A stretch of DNA of 64,000 bases from Desulfatiglandales bacterium (GTDB lineage Bacteria; Desulfobacterota; DSM-4660; Desulfatiglandales; Desulfatiglandaceae): the NCBI GenBank assembly GCA_963662465.1, contig OY759599.1:3168001-3232000 (forward strand). Reading direction: 5' to 3'. The notes beneath the pieces were generated by a model. The model did not search any database. It was not told where the DNA came from and worked only from the letters and a program-made list of their open reading frames with translations. Shown here in pieces: positions 50,519 to 62,269 of this stretch; position 1 is the stretch's first letter, and each line of letters opens with the position of its first letter. A program made the position numbers and the translations under genes.

Positions 50519-51582
50519 AAAAGGGTAAAGACAAAAGAATACAGAAGCCCGGAAAAAAAGAGACATCCATTGTCCGGTCCTCGGCTGCTGAGTACCTGAC
50601 ATTTGTCGCGGCATGCGGTAAAGGAGGCGTTGAGGCAGTTTATGCAGATGAAAATATCTGGCTGACCCAAAAAATGATGGGCGTTCTCTACGATGTCGAG
50701 ACGCATACCATTAACTATCACTTGAAAAAGGTGTTTACTGATAGTGAGTTGGAAGAGGATTCAGTTATTCGAAATTTTCGAATAACTGCCGCAGATGGTA
50801 AAAATTACAATACTAAACATTACAATCTTTCGGCTATCATCGCTGTAGGCTACAAGGTCAACTCAGAACGTGCCGTGCAGTTCCGTAAATGGGCGACAAC
50901 GATTATTCAGGAGTTCACCATCAAAGGCTACACAATGGATGATGAGCGTCTAAAGAATAACGGTTCTGTCCTTGGCAAACAATATTTTGAAGAGCAATTG
51001 CAACGTATCCGGGAAATTCGTCTGAGTGAGCGTAAGTTCTATCAGAAAATTACCGATATCTATGCCTCGTCCATTGATTATGATATATCGGCTCAAGCCA
51101 CGAAGCGTTTTTTTGCGACGGTACAAAACAAGCTGCATTGGGCAATCCATGGCCAGACGGCTGCGGAAATGATCGTAGACCGTGCGGACCACAAAAAAGA
51201 TAATATGGGGCTGACCACCTGGAAAGACGCTCCAAAAGGTAAAATTCAAAAGTTCGATGTCAGTGTGGCCAAAAACTATTTGACCGAAAATGAAATGGCG
51301 CAATTGCAGCGGTTGGTCTCTGCCTATCTGGACGTTGCGGAAGATATGGCGCTACGGCAGATCCCGATGACGATGCAAGATTGGGAAAAACGCCTCAACC
51401 GGTTCATCGAAGCGACAGACCGGAAAATTCTGCAGGACGCAGGAAAAGTCACAGCAGAAATTGCCAAGGCCCATGCCGAAAGTGAATTTGAAAGATACCG
51501 CATCATTCAGGATCGCCTCTTTGAAAGTGACTTCGACCGGATGATCAAGCAGTTGGAACAGAAAAATGAGGATAAAGAATAG
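50515..51582 (+). CDS. rhuM: RhuM family protein
   Basis: IWLTQK.M, YNL.AIIAVGYKVNS.RA.QFR.WA, IREIRLSERKFYQK, VQNKLHWA.HG.TAAE. Confidence 0.9.
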   Translation: MKKGKDKRIQKPGKKETSIVRSSAAEYLTFVAACGKGGVEAVYADENIWLTQKMMGVLYDVETHTINYHLKKVFTDSELEEDSVIRNFRITAADGKNYNTKHYNLSAIIAVGYKVNSERAVQFRKWATTIIQEFTIKGYTMDDERLKNNGSVLGKQYFEEQLQRIREIRLSERKFYQKITDIYASSIDYDISAQATKRFFATVQNKLHWAIHGQTAAEMIVDRADHKKDNMGLTTWKDAPKGKIQKFDVSVAKNYLTENEMAQLQRLVSAYLDVAEDMALRQIPMTMQDWEKRLNRFIEATDRKILQDAGKVTAEIAKAHAESEFERYRIIQDRLFESDFDRMIKQLEQKNEDKE

Positions 51583-51621
51583 AGACTTTCAGGTATGAAA
51601 TCGGGGGACATCCATACTTAA

Positions 51622-51671
51622 TTCCAACCAACCAAATGAACCGGTCGAGCCGGTTATTTGAGGTGTTATGC
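51622..51671 (+). repeat. minimal attC site 9 (50 bp)
   Basis: TTCCAAC-caacc-aaatgaac-cggtcgagccg-gttattt-gaggt-GTTATGC. Confidence 0.75.
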
Positions 51672-51702
51672 GTGATCTCAACAAAAGGGAGGCTGACATA
51701 AA

Positions 51703-52680
51703 ATGGAATACTTGATCTTTTTTGTTTTGTTATTATTAATTTTTGGCTGGCTGTTCAAGTCTAAAGGCAAAACCAAGACAAAAAGGGCTACCGTAAGGGA
51801 TAATTCTAAATCACCGCTTATCAACATTTCCCAAAAAAGAGAAGATGATAACGGGCTTACCGTATTCTTAACAGTTGATGTGTTTTATGAACTAAGATGT
51901 CAATTTCTCCGAAATGGATCACCTTGGGTTGATGTTTACGACACCAAAGATGGCTTTAGTCATTCCTACAATGTGAAAACCTCCCGTTGGAAAGATGGTG
52001 ATAATCCGGTTATTCCAGAATACCAACGACAGCTCACAACATTCATTAAAGAAGAGTGGCAAACAGCATGGGAGACTTTCGGAAAACCTGAATTTGATAC
52101 TGGGGAAAAAAAGCCAGCCCCTCCTCCTTCACACGTTGACTTTTCAAAAACGCCAATAACACTTGATTTTATGACTGAAAACCTTGCGAGTTTTACAAAA
52201 GAATATGACGCAGAAGGTTCGTCAGGTTCAAAATACAAAATCATATTGAAAGATTTACAATGCACCTGTCCTGACTTTACAAAGAGAAGGTCACATTACC
52301 CACCGACTGATATAAGAAGAGCTTGTAAACACATAGCTCGGCTAATAATGGACCTCAAAATAAACACAAAAATATCAGAAAACAGCATGACACAAGCGTT
52401 TATTAGAGTGGCTGCTGATAGCGGAAAGGTCGTGTATCTATTTGATAATTTTTATGAAATCAAGATTAGTGATGAAGTCAAAGGGCCAAACCCATTTTAC
52501 ATTTTGCTGCCAGCAGAAGAAAAAATCTGGGCAGAGGTGTTATTCTTTGGCAAGAGAAGCTATGAGAATCATGGATATCATCTCAAGGAAAAAAGATGGG
52601 GTAAACATAATAATCCTTTTCCACCAGGGTCGCGGCAAAAGGTCAATTGGGTCATGAGCAAAATAGCTGAGGAAGTATAA
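51703..52680 (+). CDS. membrane-anchored SWIM zinc-finger protein (cassette)
   Basis: N-terminal TM helix; CTCPDF...ACKH; GGGAGG RBS. Confidence 0.75.
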   Translation: MEYLIFFVLLLLIFGWLFKSKGKTKTKRATVRDNSKSPLINISQKREDDNGLTVFLTVDVFYELRCQFLRNGSPWVDVYDTKDGFSHSYNVKTSRWKDGDNPVIPEYQRQLTTFIKEEWQTAWETFGKPEFDTGEKKPAPPPSHVDFSKTPITLDFMTENLASFTKEYDAEGSSGSKYKIILKDLQCTCPDFTKRRSHYPPTDIRRACKHIARLIMDLKINTKISENSMTQAFIRVAADSGKVVYLFDNFYEIKISDEVKGPNPFYILLPAEEKIWAEVLFFGKRSYENHGYHLKEKRWGKHNNPFPPGSRQKVNWVMSKIAEEV

Positions 52681-52683
52681 CAT

Positions 52684-53161
52684 ATAGGGATAGGGAGGAG
52701 CCTCACAGCTCCCCCCTCCCACACCAATAGGCCGGGCTCGTCAGGGCTATGACTCGAAATGTTCCTGACGCCAGGGTTTTGTTTTACCGGTTTTCCCTTA
52801 TATTCCGGTAGATTTCAGTTGCAGTTCCCTACGAGGCGCAATGGGCCTCCCGGGGTAAACACGTGTCTTTCCGCACACGAGCGCCGACCACGTGCCTGGC
52901 CTGTAGTAGTTAGAGGACTTTGTTCTGTGTTGCGAACTCGTCCCACCAGACCCGCCTCACTCGATTTCTGTTCGTCGCCCCGTGCGTTTACGGTGCCCTG
53001 CCGCAGCAAGGCCACTGCCTCTCCAGGCCCGTTACCGGGTACCCGGTTGTGATACCGCTACACCCTTCGCCACTACCTGGCTGGGTCTGGGACTTGCGTA
53101 AAATATCGGAAGCATGGTACATTACGCGCACCCTTAAGAACATGTGCCGTGCCCGGCACAC
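52684..53161 (-). mobile_element. ORF-less, internally deleted group IIC-attC intron
   Basis: bottom strand starts GTGTGCCGGGCACGG and ends ggtgtgggagg...ccctatccctAT; removing it restores the inverse core ACATAAC. Confidence 0.8.
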
Positions 53162-53243
53162 AACCAAGCGCTGCACCAGACGCCTGATACTTGGGCAGTT
53201 CCAGCGGAAGCCGGAGAAGGCGCTGGTGAGCTTGTCGTTGGCC
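53162..53243 (+). repeat. attC site 10 (resident family; inverse core split by the intron)
   Basis: AAC-caagc-gctgcacc...ggtgagc-ttgtc-GTTGGCC. Confidence 0.9.
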
Positions 53244-53481
53244 GTGCGCCTTTATGAGGAACTATCCAAAGGGAAAGGGAAATGTTTCGTGCGTATTTAA
53301 CGGTAACGGAAACCACGATTAAGGAAGATGCTTTCTCTAAAAGAGCTTTACAAAATTTGTTTAAACTTATTGACTTATGCAACTGTGAGAAATTGAAACC
53401 GAGTTCGCACAAAATGAAGCGTGATCTATGCAGGAAAACGATGTCCCCTTTCCTCCATAAACGTACAAAAACAATTTACAG

Positions 53482-53718
53482 ATGACTTTTGAAATCATTG
53501 AAGAAATCACGGATATAGAACCCATTGCTGTTGGTAATTCCATACGGGACATCCACCGACTTAGCAAACAATATGGTCGTGGAAGATGGAGAAAACTCAA
53601 AGGAAAGACTACAGTGAAATTCTCAAATGGAGATATTTGTAAAGCTGAAATACATTGGTATGAGGCGCACGGAATTGGTAAGAAGAAGATGAAAGTTAAA
53701 TATATCATTGAGAGATAA
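53482..53718 (+). CDS. small basic protein, putative toxin
   Basis: IRDI.RL...YG.G.WRK.KG...AEIHWYEAHGIGK motif. Confidence 0.75.
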   Translation: MTFEIIEEITDIEPIAVGNSIRDIHRLSKQYGRGRWRKLKGKTTVKFSNGDICKAEIHWYEAHGIGKKKMKVKYIIER

Positions 53719-53723
53719 AACAT

Positions 53724-53939
53724 ATGAATAATTCATTCTATTTATGCATATCTAATAAAAATTGCCCAGATTTAGAGGTAAAGAAGGTTTATTACGGAAT
53801 AGGCGATCCTGTTGCAAGTAAATATGGGCAAATAAGAATCATAGATGAATCTGGAGAAGATTACTTATATCCACAAGAATATTTTGTGGTAGTTCAGCTT
53901 CCCAAAGAAGCAGAAAGAGCCTTTGAATTAGTTGCATAG
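53724..53939 (+). CDS. small acidic protein, putative antitoxin/immunity protein
   Basis: RIIDESGEDYLYP motif; 5 bp after the previous gene. Confidence 0.75.
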   Translation: MNNSFYLCISNKNCPDLEVKKVYYGIGDPVASKYGQIRIIDESGEDYLYPQEYFVVVQLPKEAERAFELVA

Positions 53940-54098
53940 CAAAGCGATGCCCTATTTTTTCTGTAACTCTACGTGATTCATATTGTTTCCGTGCGGTTGA
54001 TTTCATGGTCCGCCACACGCCTGATAGTTTCGTTGCTCTGGCAAGTTTTCGCGTGTGAGCGTAAGTAACTGGAGCTACGAATAAGGAAGAATATCATT

Positions 54099-54744
54099 TT
54101 GACCGAACCGGAGTTGCGACAACTCGTAGCCGAGTTACCCAATCGTCCCTTAATGGTTGGCAGGGATGGACTGCGACTCTCACTCGCAGGTGTACAGGAC
54201 AAATTGCCTGTTATCGTTCATCACAACAGAATATGTCTCCCCCTTGTCGGTACTCCCAGCACCCACATACTGAAACCAGAGCCAGATCGTTTTCCGGGAC
54301 TGGTCCACTGTACCAGCTCTTGATATTCCCAGCTTTATCAACGGCCTGATTTTCAATGTGTTGATCGGCAACGCAGATGCTCACGGCAAGAACTACTCGT
54401 TATTGTATTCTGGTGGCGAACGACGGCTATCTCCCTATTATGATCTTGTCTCCACTCTTACTTGGCCTGGCCTCTCTAAGAATCTCGCGATGAAAATTGG
54501 TGGCTGCAAATCAGTCAACGCATTCACGATTGGTGACTGGAAGAAGATGTCAAAGAAGGCTGGTCTTGGTTGGCCGATGATACGGCAACGAATGGCAAAA
54601 AGCTGCCACAGTGTTTTGAACAAGCTGGGCGAGGTCCAGACACAGACCAGAGAATACAGCAATTCCATGGTCACACTACTTCATGAAACCATAGGAGGTC
54701 GCGTGGTCAGAATGCTTGAAGCACTTTCCAAGCAAGATGACTAG
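54099..54744 (+). pseudogene. hipA: HipA-family kinase toxin remnant
   Basis: LSLAGVQDK and THILKP, then GNADAHGKNYS and LSPYYDLV in a different frame; N-terminus and middle are missing. Confidence 0.8.
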
Positions 54745-54794
54745 CGCGAGGGTTTGTCGAGGGTTTGTTTCGGACCAAGGCAGCAAGTTGAAAT

Positions 54795-54925
54795 ATTAGA
54801 GAAAAGCAGGGAACCATTACCTTTAACCCGCCCCCCTCACTGGCATTGGGAGCAGGGGTCACGTTGATTGTCATGGGGGATGTCGCCAGTCTCAAAAAAG
54901 CCAAAAGGATCTGCTGACAAACGCC

Positions 54926-54934
<9 letters not shown>
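54795..54934 (+). repeat. right copy of the 140-bp direct repeat (orphan K+ channel 3' end)
   Basis: encodes IREKQGTITFNPPPSLALGAGVTLIVMGDVASLKKAKRIC*. Confidence 0.92.
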
Positions 54935-57372
<2,438 letters not shown>

Positions 57373-57400
57373 TCTGAACCTCCCTCAGAATTGCTAGATG

Positions 57401-57751
57401 TTACGAAATATCTTGAATGGATGCGGCAAAAGCCCATCGTCCATTTTCCTTTGAAGCGGAAATAAAGTGTCTGGCGGGCCTCTCCCGGCCATCCATGGAT
57501 ACAATATTGAGGTCCAGGGATTGTTCGAGGATCGTTGCCTTCCCCGTTGTCAAAAAGCGGGAAAATCCCATATTGTGAGCATCTCGAAGACGCTCGGGAA
57601 TAATGGTCGTCAACATGCTGCCCCTGAGCTTTTTTCCGGTCCACCCATATGCATCTTCAAAGGCGGCATTAATATCCTGAATAACGCCATCCTCATCAAC
57701 CATTACCACCGGTATTTTTTGATTCAACATGATCTCATGGAATTTAGACAT
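57401..57751 (-). CDS. stand-alone PAS domain protein
   Basis: VDEDG.I..IN.AFE..YGW....L.G..LT.IIP. Confidence 0.8.
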   Translation of the reverse strand: MSKFHEIMLNQKIPVVMVDEDGVIQDINAAFEDAYGWTGKKLRGSMLTTIIPERLRDAHNMGFSRFLTTGKATILEQSLDLNIVSMDGRERPARHFISASKENGRWAFAASIQDIS

Positions 57752-60109
57752 TTAAAAATCCTTTCGAATAGATGATGCCGCATCTTCATATCGTGAGGTG
57801 TTCACCGGGAAAAAAACCGTGAAGGACGTGCCGCCGGAATTGATGCAGTCTTCCTTGGCTTGACACGCTTCGCATCGGCTGATGTTTCCCGGACATAACG
57901 TCCCTGGCTGTTCCAGAAAACGACATCGGGTACTGGTCATGCTCAACTGAAAACCGTAACGCTCGCCAAAAACCTTCATTCGCAGAAGATCCGCGCCCTT
58001 GCCGCCGGCGTTAAAATCAAAGGGATGTTTTGAAGAATAATCCATGGTCTCCTGGGTGGAAAAGAATCCCTCAAATATTCGCTTGCGATTCTCGGGAACT
58101 ATGCCGACCCCAAAATCCTGCACGATCAGCAAAACACCATTTTCTTGGTGCTCCACAAATAGGTCCACCCGGCCCCCGTCAGGGGTATTTTCGATGGCAT
58201 TTTTAATTAACCCGTCAATCACTTTCCCCATAACGTCCCGCGGCATGCAAATGAGAACATCTTTTTTCAGATGTTCAACGATTTCGACACTGCGATGGGA
58301 AAAATGCGGCGCTAATGCAGCCACTCTTTCCGCCACATAATGATTGAGCAAAAATTCTTCAATTTTGCTTTCCCTGGGTCCGAACTCCTTCTCAAGCCTG
58401 GCGCGCAACCATGTTACAATCTCTCCTTCACCCACCTTTTCCGCTACCAGGGATTCCAATTCATCCATGCATTGATCCACCATAAAAGAAAGTACGGGAT
58501 AAGACCTGTACTCCCGGCCTCTCATGATGTCCTCCACCTGATACTGGATTTCCAGGATTCGATCCACGTTCCGCCTAGCCCTTTGAAACGTAGTCGACCA
58601 CTCTTCCTCGGGAAGGGTTTCCAGCTTTTTGGCCAGGATAATCAAGGATCCCAACAGGATAGATGCGGGTGTTTTCAGTTCATGGGACAGGTGATTGATA
58701 ATCTTGTCCTTGGCACGGTTCAAGCTGGCCACTTCCTGGTACGCATCGGTCAATTCTTTCGAAAATCGGGCATTTTCGATGGACAACGCCACGGTTCCGG
58801 CAATCATGGTCAAGAGTTTCCGGTCTTTATCATCAAAAGTTTCAGTCTTTTTATTGGTCGCCATCAGGACCCCGATGATTCTCCCGCCCGCCTCAAGCGG
58901 AACAATCACCAGGCTGTGAGTCCGGGAACCGATGGCATCATCCAAACCATGATAAAAGTCCGGATCTTTCGCGGTATCCGTGATAACAGACGCCTCTCCG
59001 GTTCGCCAAACACGAGCGAGAACCCCTTTGTTCACCGGATGACGAACCGTCTTGATCCGGCGCTGGGCCGAAGAATCATCATAAGCGGCCCCCAGAAAAA
59101 AAACATACTTCAGATCCTCATGGAAAAGACCCACAACCGCCCCTTCCGTATTGAGAAGCCGTTTCACTTCGCAGGCAATGTAATCCAGCAACTCTTCCAG
59201 TACAGGGTATCTGGGCAACGCACGGCTGATCTGAAACAGGGTTTCATTGATGCGCTCCATTCGCCGTTCTTCCGTAACGTCCCGCAGAATAAAGAGTTCT
59301 CCCGGGTTATCAGCGGTGTTTTGCGAAGAAAGCTGCCCTCGAATGATCACGTCCAGAATACGACCATCCTTGGTCATTCGTTTGGTTTCAATGGTCGCAT
59401 TCGCATCTTCCTGAAAGCGTTTGAAGCTTTCCCCGGCTTCTTTCTCATTTCCGGGCGGAAAATAGGGGATTTTTCGACCGATCAGTTCCTCCAGGGTCCA
59501 GCCAAACACCTGGGTAAAGGCGGGGTTGATATAGGTTACATTTCCGGAAGACGAAAATACGACCATGGGATAAGGAACAAAATCGAAGAGGTTCCGGGTT
59601 CTCCGCCTGGCTTTTCTCTTGGCTTCGAATTCACGTTCGTAACGAACCCGTGCTTCCTTGAGAGCGCTGATGGTCTTGAATTTTTCGGTAACATCTCTGG
59701 CAATGCCTCGAAACCCCAGTTTTTTTCCTTCATGATTCTTGACCAGGTACGCGGAAAGTTCAATAACCCTGCGGTTCCCCCCCTCATCCCGGGTTTCCCA
59801 TATGAGATTGGAAAAACCCCGATGACTGACCCAGACCTTGTTGAATGCCGCCTGGAACTTCCTTGAATGCCTGGCATCCATAAATTTCCCCAGGTTTTCA
59901 TTAAGGATTTCTTCCCTTGGATAACCCAGCACATTGCAAAGGGAGTTGCTGAAATCGGTAAAATTGCCATGGTTATCCATTTCATAAACACAATCGCCCG
60001 AATCGTCAATCAAGTCCTTCAAATACCCGTCAGAGGTGTTTTCCGCCCGGCAAACCGCAAGCGAGCTCTCCTGTTCCGCAATCTCTTCCTTCTTAACGTC
60101 CCCTTCCAT
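57752..60109 (-). CDS. PAS-PAS-GAF histidine kinase
   Basis: two PAS, GAF, LSHELKTP, 5-Cys insert; paralog of 5-1390. Confidence 0.92.
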   Translation of the reverse strand: MEGDVKKEEIAEQESSLAVCRAENTSDGYLKDLIDDSGDCVYEMDNHGNFTDFSNSLCNVLGYPREEILNENLGKFMDARHSRKFQAAFNKVWVSHRGFSNLIWETRDEGGNRRVIELSAYLVKNHEGKKLGFRGIARDVTEKFKTISALKEARVRYEREFEAKRKARRRTRNLFDFVPYPMVVFSSSGNVTYINPAFTQVFGWTLEELIGRKIPYFPPGNEKEAGESFKRFQEDANATIETKRMTKDGRILDVIIRGQLSSQNTADNPGELFILRDVTEERRMERINETLFQISRALPRYPVLEELLDYIACEVKRLLNTEGAVVGLFHEDLKYVFFLGAAYDDSSAQRRIKTVRHPVNKGVLARVWRTGEASVITDTAKDPDFYHGLDDAIGSRTHSLVIVPLEAGGRIIGVLMATNKKTETFDDKDRKLLTMIAGTVALSIENARFSKELTDAYQEVASLNRAKDKIINHLSHELKTPASILLGSLIILAKKLETLPEEEWSTTFQRARRNVDRILEIQYQVEDIMRGREYRSYPVLSFMVDQCMDELESLVAEKVGEGEIVTWLRARLEKEFGPRESKIEEFLLNHYVAERVAALAPHFSHRSVEIVEHLKKDVLICMPRDVMGKVIDGLIKNAIENTPDGGRVDLFVEHQENGVLLIVQDFGVGIVPENRKRIFEGFFSTQETMDYSSKHPFDFNAGGKGADLLRMKVFGERYGFQLSMTSTRCRFLEQPGTLCPGNISRCEACQAKEDCINSGGTSFTVFFPVNTSRYEDAASSIRKDF

Positions 60110-60168
60110 CCCGGGACCTCCTGTTGCAATTTCGAATTTCTGATAACTGAGATTATTCCTTGTTTTTA

Positions 60169-60205
60169 ACTTAAAACTTAAAACTTAAAACTTAAATCTT
60201 AAAAC
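60169..60205. repeat. heptamer tandem repeat (CTTAAAA)5
   Basis: cttaaaa cttaaaa cttaaaa cttaaat cttaaaa. Confidence 0.7.
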
Positions 60206-60206
60206 C

Positions 60207-60235
60207 GTGTCTGAACGGGGCTTTCGTTCAGGCAC
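60207..60235 (-). terminator. hairpin after tonB
   Basis: gtgtctgaacg/cgttcaggcac stem followed by T-rich sequence on the minus strand. Confidence 0.5.
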
Positions 60236-61041
60236 TAACGACCCTTTAACTCAAACTTCACAGGGACCTTAACCCACATCGTTACACGCTTTCCATCAAT
60301 ATTTCCCGGTTCAAACCGCCATTTGCCAACCGCCTTCACCGCCGAACGATCCAGAACATCATATCCGCTTGACGTCAATACCAGCAAATCATCCACCCGT
60401 CCCTCGCGGCTGACCAAAACCTTCAGCAGCACAATGCCTTGATAGCCTCTCTTTCGAGCGACCCGGGGATACCCGGGGATAGGGTTTTCGGCGTAGGCCG
60501 GAGAAGCCATGACCACCTTTGACGCGGAAGGGGCTGCATTTTCCAGTCCCGCCAAACCGCCCTTCGGCTGAAAATCATGGTGTTGTTCCGACGTCAACCC
60601 TTTATTGAACGTAGACGTCTCATTTGAGGCAACATCTTTCTGTTTTGGTTGCGGTGGTTTCGAGTTTAGGTTGACCGATTTTTTCTTGGGATTTACCGGA
60701 TTTTTCGATGGCAACCTGACTGTTTTCTTTTTTTTCTTCAGCAGAATCTTCTTTGATGGCGCCGGAATCTGCTTTTCCTTTGGTCGTGGCGCCGGTTTGG
60801 GAATCACTTTTTCAGCTTTCGGTGCGCATTCCTCCGGTGGCATTGTTTTTTCAGACTTTTTTTCCCGAACCACCGCCACAGCCTTTGTCTTTCCAACCCT
60901 GGGTTCGGTTGCAACCAGGGTGAAGGCAAGGGAGCGAGAACGCGGTTTAACAACCTTTTGATTAAAAAACCGGCCCCCAAACCCGAAAAGAAATCCGTGT
61001 ATCAACAGGGCCAGAATTGCCGCCCACAAAAACCGTTTCAC
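60235..61041 (-). CDS. tonB: energy transducer TonB
   Basis: N-terminal TM, Pro/Lys-rich linker, YP..AR..G.QG.V, SSG..LD..A..AV..WRF.P. Confidence 0.92.
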   Translation of the reverse strand: MKRFLWAAILALLIHGFLFGFGGRFFNQKVVKPRSRSLAFTLVATEPRVGKTKAVAVVREKKSEKTMPPEECAPKAEKVIPKPAPRPKEKQIPAPSKKILLKKKKKTVRLPSKNPVNPKKKSVNLNSKPPQPKQKDVASNETSTFNKGLTSEQHHDFQPKGGLAGLENAAPSASKVVMASPAYAENPIPGYPRVARKRGYQGIVLLKVLVSREGRVDDLLVLTSSGYDVLDRSAVKAVGKWRFEPGNIDGKRVTMWVKVPVKFELKGR

Positions 61042-61448
61042 CTTTTTTTGACGCCCTCCGCCTCCAGGCTGATCTGACTGATGCCGGCGGTTTTAATCTG
61101 GTCCAGCACGCGAAATAACGCCTGGTAAGACAGATTTCGGTCGGCGAACAGAAGAACCCTGGGCTCCCTGCCCTTTTCGGTTTCTTTAACCAGAACCCCG
61201 GCAAGATCCTCGATAAGAATCGGCGCCTTGTTCAGGAAAATTGCGCCGTCGCTCTTTACCGTTACAGACAAAATAACCTGTTTGTCCATCTCCGCCGTGG
61301 ATGACGTGGGGAGCGCCACCGGCAGCGCCTTATGCACCGCCATGGAGAGCATGGCGTAGATAAAAAAAACAAGCAACAAAAATACGATATCAATCAGCGG
61401 GAGCATTTCAATGCGGGGTTTCCGGACATTTTTCAAATCAATCTTCAT
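61038..61448 (-). CDS. exbD: biopolymer transporter ExbD
   Basis: PLIDIVFLLLVFF, LP, AD. Confidence 0.92.
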   Translation of the reverse strand: MKIDLKNVRKPRIEMLPLIDIVFLLLVFFIYAMLSMAVHKALPVALPTSSTAEMDKQVILSVTVKSDGAIFLNKAPILIEDLAGVLVKETEKGREPRVLLFADRNLSYQALFRVLDQIKTAGISQISLEAEGVKKR

Positions 61449-62077
61449 GGCTTCTCCGCCCCTTTTATATTGGCGGCGCTCGAAATTTTTTCAAAGACGA
61501 TCTCAAGACTGGTGGCATATTTCTCAATGGCCAGAACGGCGTTTTCCACTCGCGCATTGAAATAATTATACGGAAAAACGGACAGAATGGCGATCCCAAG
61601 ACCAGCCGCCGTGGTGATGAGCGCTTGTGCGATCCCTCCGGTAACAGCCTGTGGATTTGCGATGCCGCTGGCGCCTAATAACTCAAAGGAACTGATGATG
61701 CCGAGAACCGTTCCGAAAATCCCCAGAAGCGGCGCCACGGTAATCATGGTGTCCAATATGGACATGTGCCGACGCATCCGCTTTACTTCATCGGCAGCCG
61801 CCGATTCCATTGCTTTGAGCATGGAAAAATCACGGTGAAGTATTCCCGACACCAGTATCCGGATCACATAGTCCTTTGATCCCTGGACCTTTTTCCTCAC
61901 GCCCTCCCAATCACCCATCCTGCATAACTCCAGCACCTCATCCACAAGGGGCCTGTTCCGCCGAATATCTTCCCGGGCCCAGAATATAAACCGATCAACA
62001 ATCACCGTAACCGCCAAAATGGAACAGAACAGAAGCGGATACATAACCGGTCCGCCTTTCATGAAAAAACTTATCAT
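61445..62077 (-). CDS. exbB: MotA/TolQ/ExbB proton channel protein
   Basis: APLLGIFGTV.GII, GIAQALITTAAGL. Confidence 0.9.
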   Translation of the reverse strand: MISFFMKGGPVMYPLLFCSILAVTVIVDRFIFWAREDIRRNRPLVDEVLELCRMGDWEGVRKKVQGSKDYVIRILVSGILHRDFSMLKAMESAAADEVKRMRRHMSILDTMITVAPLLGIFGTVLGIISSFELLGASGIANPQAVTGGIAQALITTAAGLGIAILSVFPYNYFNARVENAVLAIEKYATSLEIVFEKISSAANIKGAEKP

Positions 62078-62269
62078 ATTGAGTACCCTCTGTTAGGAAA
62101 CAATAGGTCAGAATTGAATCCATACCATATAATCAGCAAAAAATTGAGATTTTTCTTTACACCTTGAGATACCGGCCTCAAAATGCTAGAAAAAGAAAAA
62201 AGGCTTCATGGATTTTCCATTTCCTTTTGTACATCATCATAATCGATCATAAAGTCAGGGATTTGCCCG

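Noticed and set aside
33504..53243. Recurring aaccaagcgctgcaccagacgcc...ggcgctggtgagct repeats as a CRISPR array
   Set aside because: They are 80-90 bp, kilobases apart, separated by genes and have attC box structure; there are no cas genes
53933..53960. Possible attC start after the toxin/immunity-like pair (gcatagc-aaagc-gatgccc)
   Set aside because: AAC is absent, there is no right arm or core site, and it does not match the upstream core GTTGGCC
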